Of a DNA stretch of 26,356 nt, positions 24,815-26,356 are shown piece by piece. Below the pieces are notes generated by a model. That model was given only the letters and a program-made list of their open reading frames with translations. It was not told the DNA's origin and searched no databases. Position 1 is the first letter of the stretch. Each line of letters opens with the position of its first letter. This DNA comes from an uncultured archaeon (GTDB taxonomy: Archaea > Altiarchaeota > Altiarchaeia > IMC4 > SCGC-AAA252-I15). A program made the translations under genes and the position numbers. The DNA is taken from assembly GCA_964587725.1 (NCBI GenBank), contig CAZPLO010000011.1, forward strand, positions 13,212-39,567, given 5' to 3'.

Positions 24815-25530
24815 CGTCTGGCCCCCAGCATCACCAGCATCGCCGTGGTGAGGCCTGCGGAAACCTTAATCAGCACCGCAATGTTGAGGTACGGTATTAT
24901 GCCCGCGCCGACCCCGTCTGGGTAGTTGAACGCCTCCGCCGCGGGAGCAATGTTGTATGCGTCGACGCCGACGTTGTAGAGGAAGTAGCCCGTGAACGCG
25001 AGGCCGATTAGGCCGAGTGTTATGTACAGCAGTGCGCCGGCGGATTCCATCTTCACCAGGAGGCTGTGTGGCATGTTGAGGCCTGCGCGTCCGAACACCA
25101 GCAGCGTCAGCAGGAAACCCGCCGCCACCACCGCGCCGCCCTGGAAGCCGCCTCCGGGGGTAATATGGCCTCCCAGGGTCACGTACACTCCGGCCGCCAC
25201 TATAAGGAGGGTTAGAACGGGAGTGAACGTCTTGAGTATGAGTGTGCCGTGGAGGTTCGCGTCCTCCGTCTCATGGCTGTCTCCCGTCAGCAGGCCGCGG
25301 CCGTACAGCATCGAAACCGCCAACACGCCGGAGACGAGGATTATCGCCTCGCCGAGGGTGTCGTATCCTCTGAAATCGAACAGCACGGCGGTGACGCGGT
25401 TAGGCGCAACATTTGAACCGAAGAGGTTGTAGACTTCGCTTATGCCCGGCAGCACCGACATGCTCGTGAGCGCGTTCAGCAGCGTGAACGCCACCACCGC
25501 GAACGCCGCGGCTGCTAGAACCCTTTTCAC
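24811..25530 (-). CDS. Fused EhbH-EhbI (MnhB-like) membrane subunit
   Basis: [20 protein letters not shown] (EhbH-like) and [14 protein letters not shown]...[14 protein letters not shown] (EhbI/MnhB-like) lie in one frame. GTG start at 25530. Confidence 0.82.
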   Translation of the reverse strand: MKRVLAAAAFAVVAFTLLNALTSMSVLPGISEVYNLFGSNVAPNRVTAVLFDFRGYDTLGEAIILVSGVLAVSMLYGRGLLTGDSHETEDANLHGTLILKTFTPVLTLLIVAAGVYVTLGGHITPGGGFQGGAVVAAGFLLTLLVFGRAGLNMPHSLLVKMESAGALLYITLGLIGLAFTGYFLYNVGVDAYNIAPAAEAFNYPDGVGAGIIPYLNIAVLIKVSAGLTTAMLVMLGARR

Positions 25531-25829
25531 GCCAGCCACCCCGTCAACGCCAGGCACGCCGCCAGCGTCAGAATGAGATAGTACATGAGCGTCTGTATGC
25601 GGTCGTCGTTTTCAGTGAACACGTCGAAGGTCAATACTCTGTTCCGCATTGCCAGGAACACAGCCAGCGCCGCGGCCGCGCCAAAGTACAGGTTCACCAT
25701 CCGGGCTGCGAGGAACGCCAGCAGTATGAACGCGAGGGTGCTCTGGTACTCCACCGCAATCGCGGAGGCGGAGTGTATGCTGTCGCCTTCGCCGCGGCCC
25801 CTCAACGTGTCAAGCAGTCTCTGATACAT
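25527..25829 (-). CDS. ehbG: Membrane subunit, EhbG-like
   Basis: 100 aa with three hydrophobic segments and [12 protein letters not shown]; lies between the ehbF-like and ehbH-like genes. Confidence 0.6.
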   Translation of the reverse strand: MYQRLLDTLRGRGEGDSIHSASAIAVEYQSTLAFILLAFLAARMVNLYFGAAAALAVFLAMRNRVLTFDVFTENDDRIQTLMYYLILTLAACLALTGWLA

Positions 25830-25830
25830 C

Positions 25831-26356
25831 TTACCTCCAGGCGAACCCCACCTCACGGGCTATCGGCTCTATGTATTGTGTAGCCAGCTGCGGGTACACG
25901 CCCAGCACCAGGCACAGCCCCACCAGTATCACCAGCGCCAGCAGATACGTCTTCGGCACATTCGACGCGGGTTTTTCGTTGTCGTCCCGCGGCCGCAGGA
26001 ACGCGAGGTGGAACGCCTTCATCATCGAAATGAAGGTGAGCACGCTCACCAGAATCATGACGGCGGTTATCTCCGGCATCCCCGCGTCCAACGCAGACGT
26101 CATCAGCATCAGCTTGCTCTGGAAGCCGTTGAACGGCGGAATACCGGATATCGCGAACTTCGCCCCCAAAACCAGCAGCCCCACGGCTGGGAGCGTGTGT
26201 ATTGCGCCGCCGAGGTTTTTGAAGTCCGAGTTCCCGTTTTTTTCCACGCACTCGCAGCCGATGAACAAGGCGGTCTTGTAGAGGACGTGGTTGACGGCGT
26301 GGAATACGCCTGCGAGTACCGCCACCGGCGTGCCGATGCTTATGCCTGAGGCAACG
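25831..26356 (-). CDS. ehbF: Antiporter-like MnhD/NuoM-family subunit (EhbF), 5' end outside the window
   Basis: FHAVNHVLYKTALF, LGG and AISGIPPFNGFQSK. Confidence 0.85.
   Translation of the reverse strand, partial: VASGISIGTPVAVLAGVFHAVNHVLYKTALFIGCECVEKNGNSDFKNLGGAIHTLPAVGLLVLGAKFAISGIPPFNGFQSKLMLMTSALDAGMPEITAVMILVSVLTFISMMKAFHLAFLRPRDDNEKPASNVPKTYLLALVILVGLCLVLGVYPQLATQYIEPIAREVGFAWR

Noticed and set aside
139-26349. Many long alternative-frame or antisense ORFs (e.g. 139..834, 2996..3913, 9892..10710, 16172..16975, 17324..18289, 22725..24080, 24205..25011)
   Set aside because: They overlap well-supported genes, lack recognisable motifs and are expected shadows in GC-rich coding DNA.

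Overview
Densely coded, GC-rich archaeal chromosomal window with about 36 CDS and no recognisable rRNA, tRNA, CRISPR array or transposase. In order it holds: type II 3-dehydroquinate synthase; pth2-gltX; a PfkB kinase; a ribosomal operon (rpl7ae-rps28e-rpl24e-ndk-rps19e-PDCD5-like); a membrane-anchored GIFT/DUF4350-like surface protein; two metallo-hydrolases; divergent glmS and dapA; housekeeping genes (creatininase family, flavin reductase, nac, thpR); and a block of two KaiC/RAD55-like ATPases, sepF, cdc6/orc1, an MFS transporter, a 4xCBS-DUF835 fusion, a bacterial-type RNase HIII and a stand-alone CBS protein. It ends with hycI and the 3' part of an Ehb-type energy-converting [NiFe]-hydrogenase operon. 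The best candidates for new biology are: (1) the sepF-kaiC / cdc6 divergon with a second KaiC and CBS-DUF835/CBS sensors nearby, a possible energy-sensing cell-cycle module; (2) the glmS leader, where the gene's own start context (aaaATGTGCGG) is repeated twice upstream as two M-C-G mini-ORFs plus one complementary copy; (3) a streamlined Ehb operon (ehbH-ehbI fused, no ehbK or ehbQ in place); and (4) two abrupt AT islands sharing AAATAATTT, one inside glmS. All calls come from motif recognition by eye; no searches were run.
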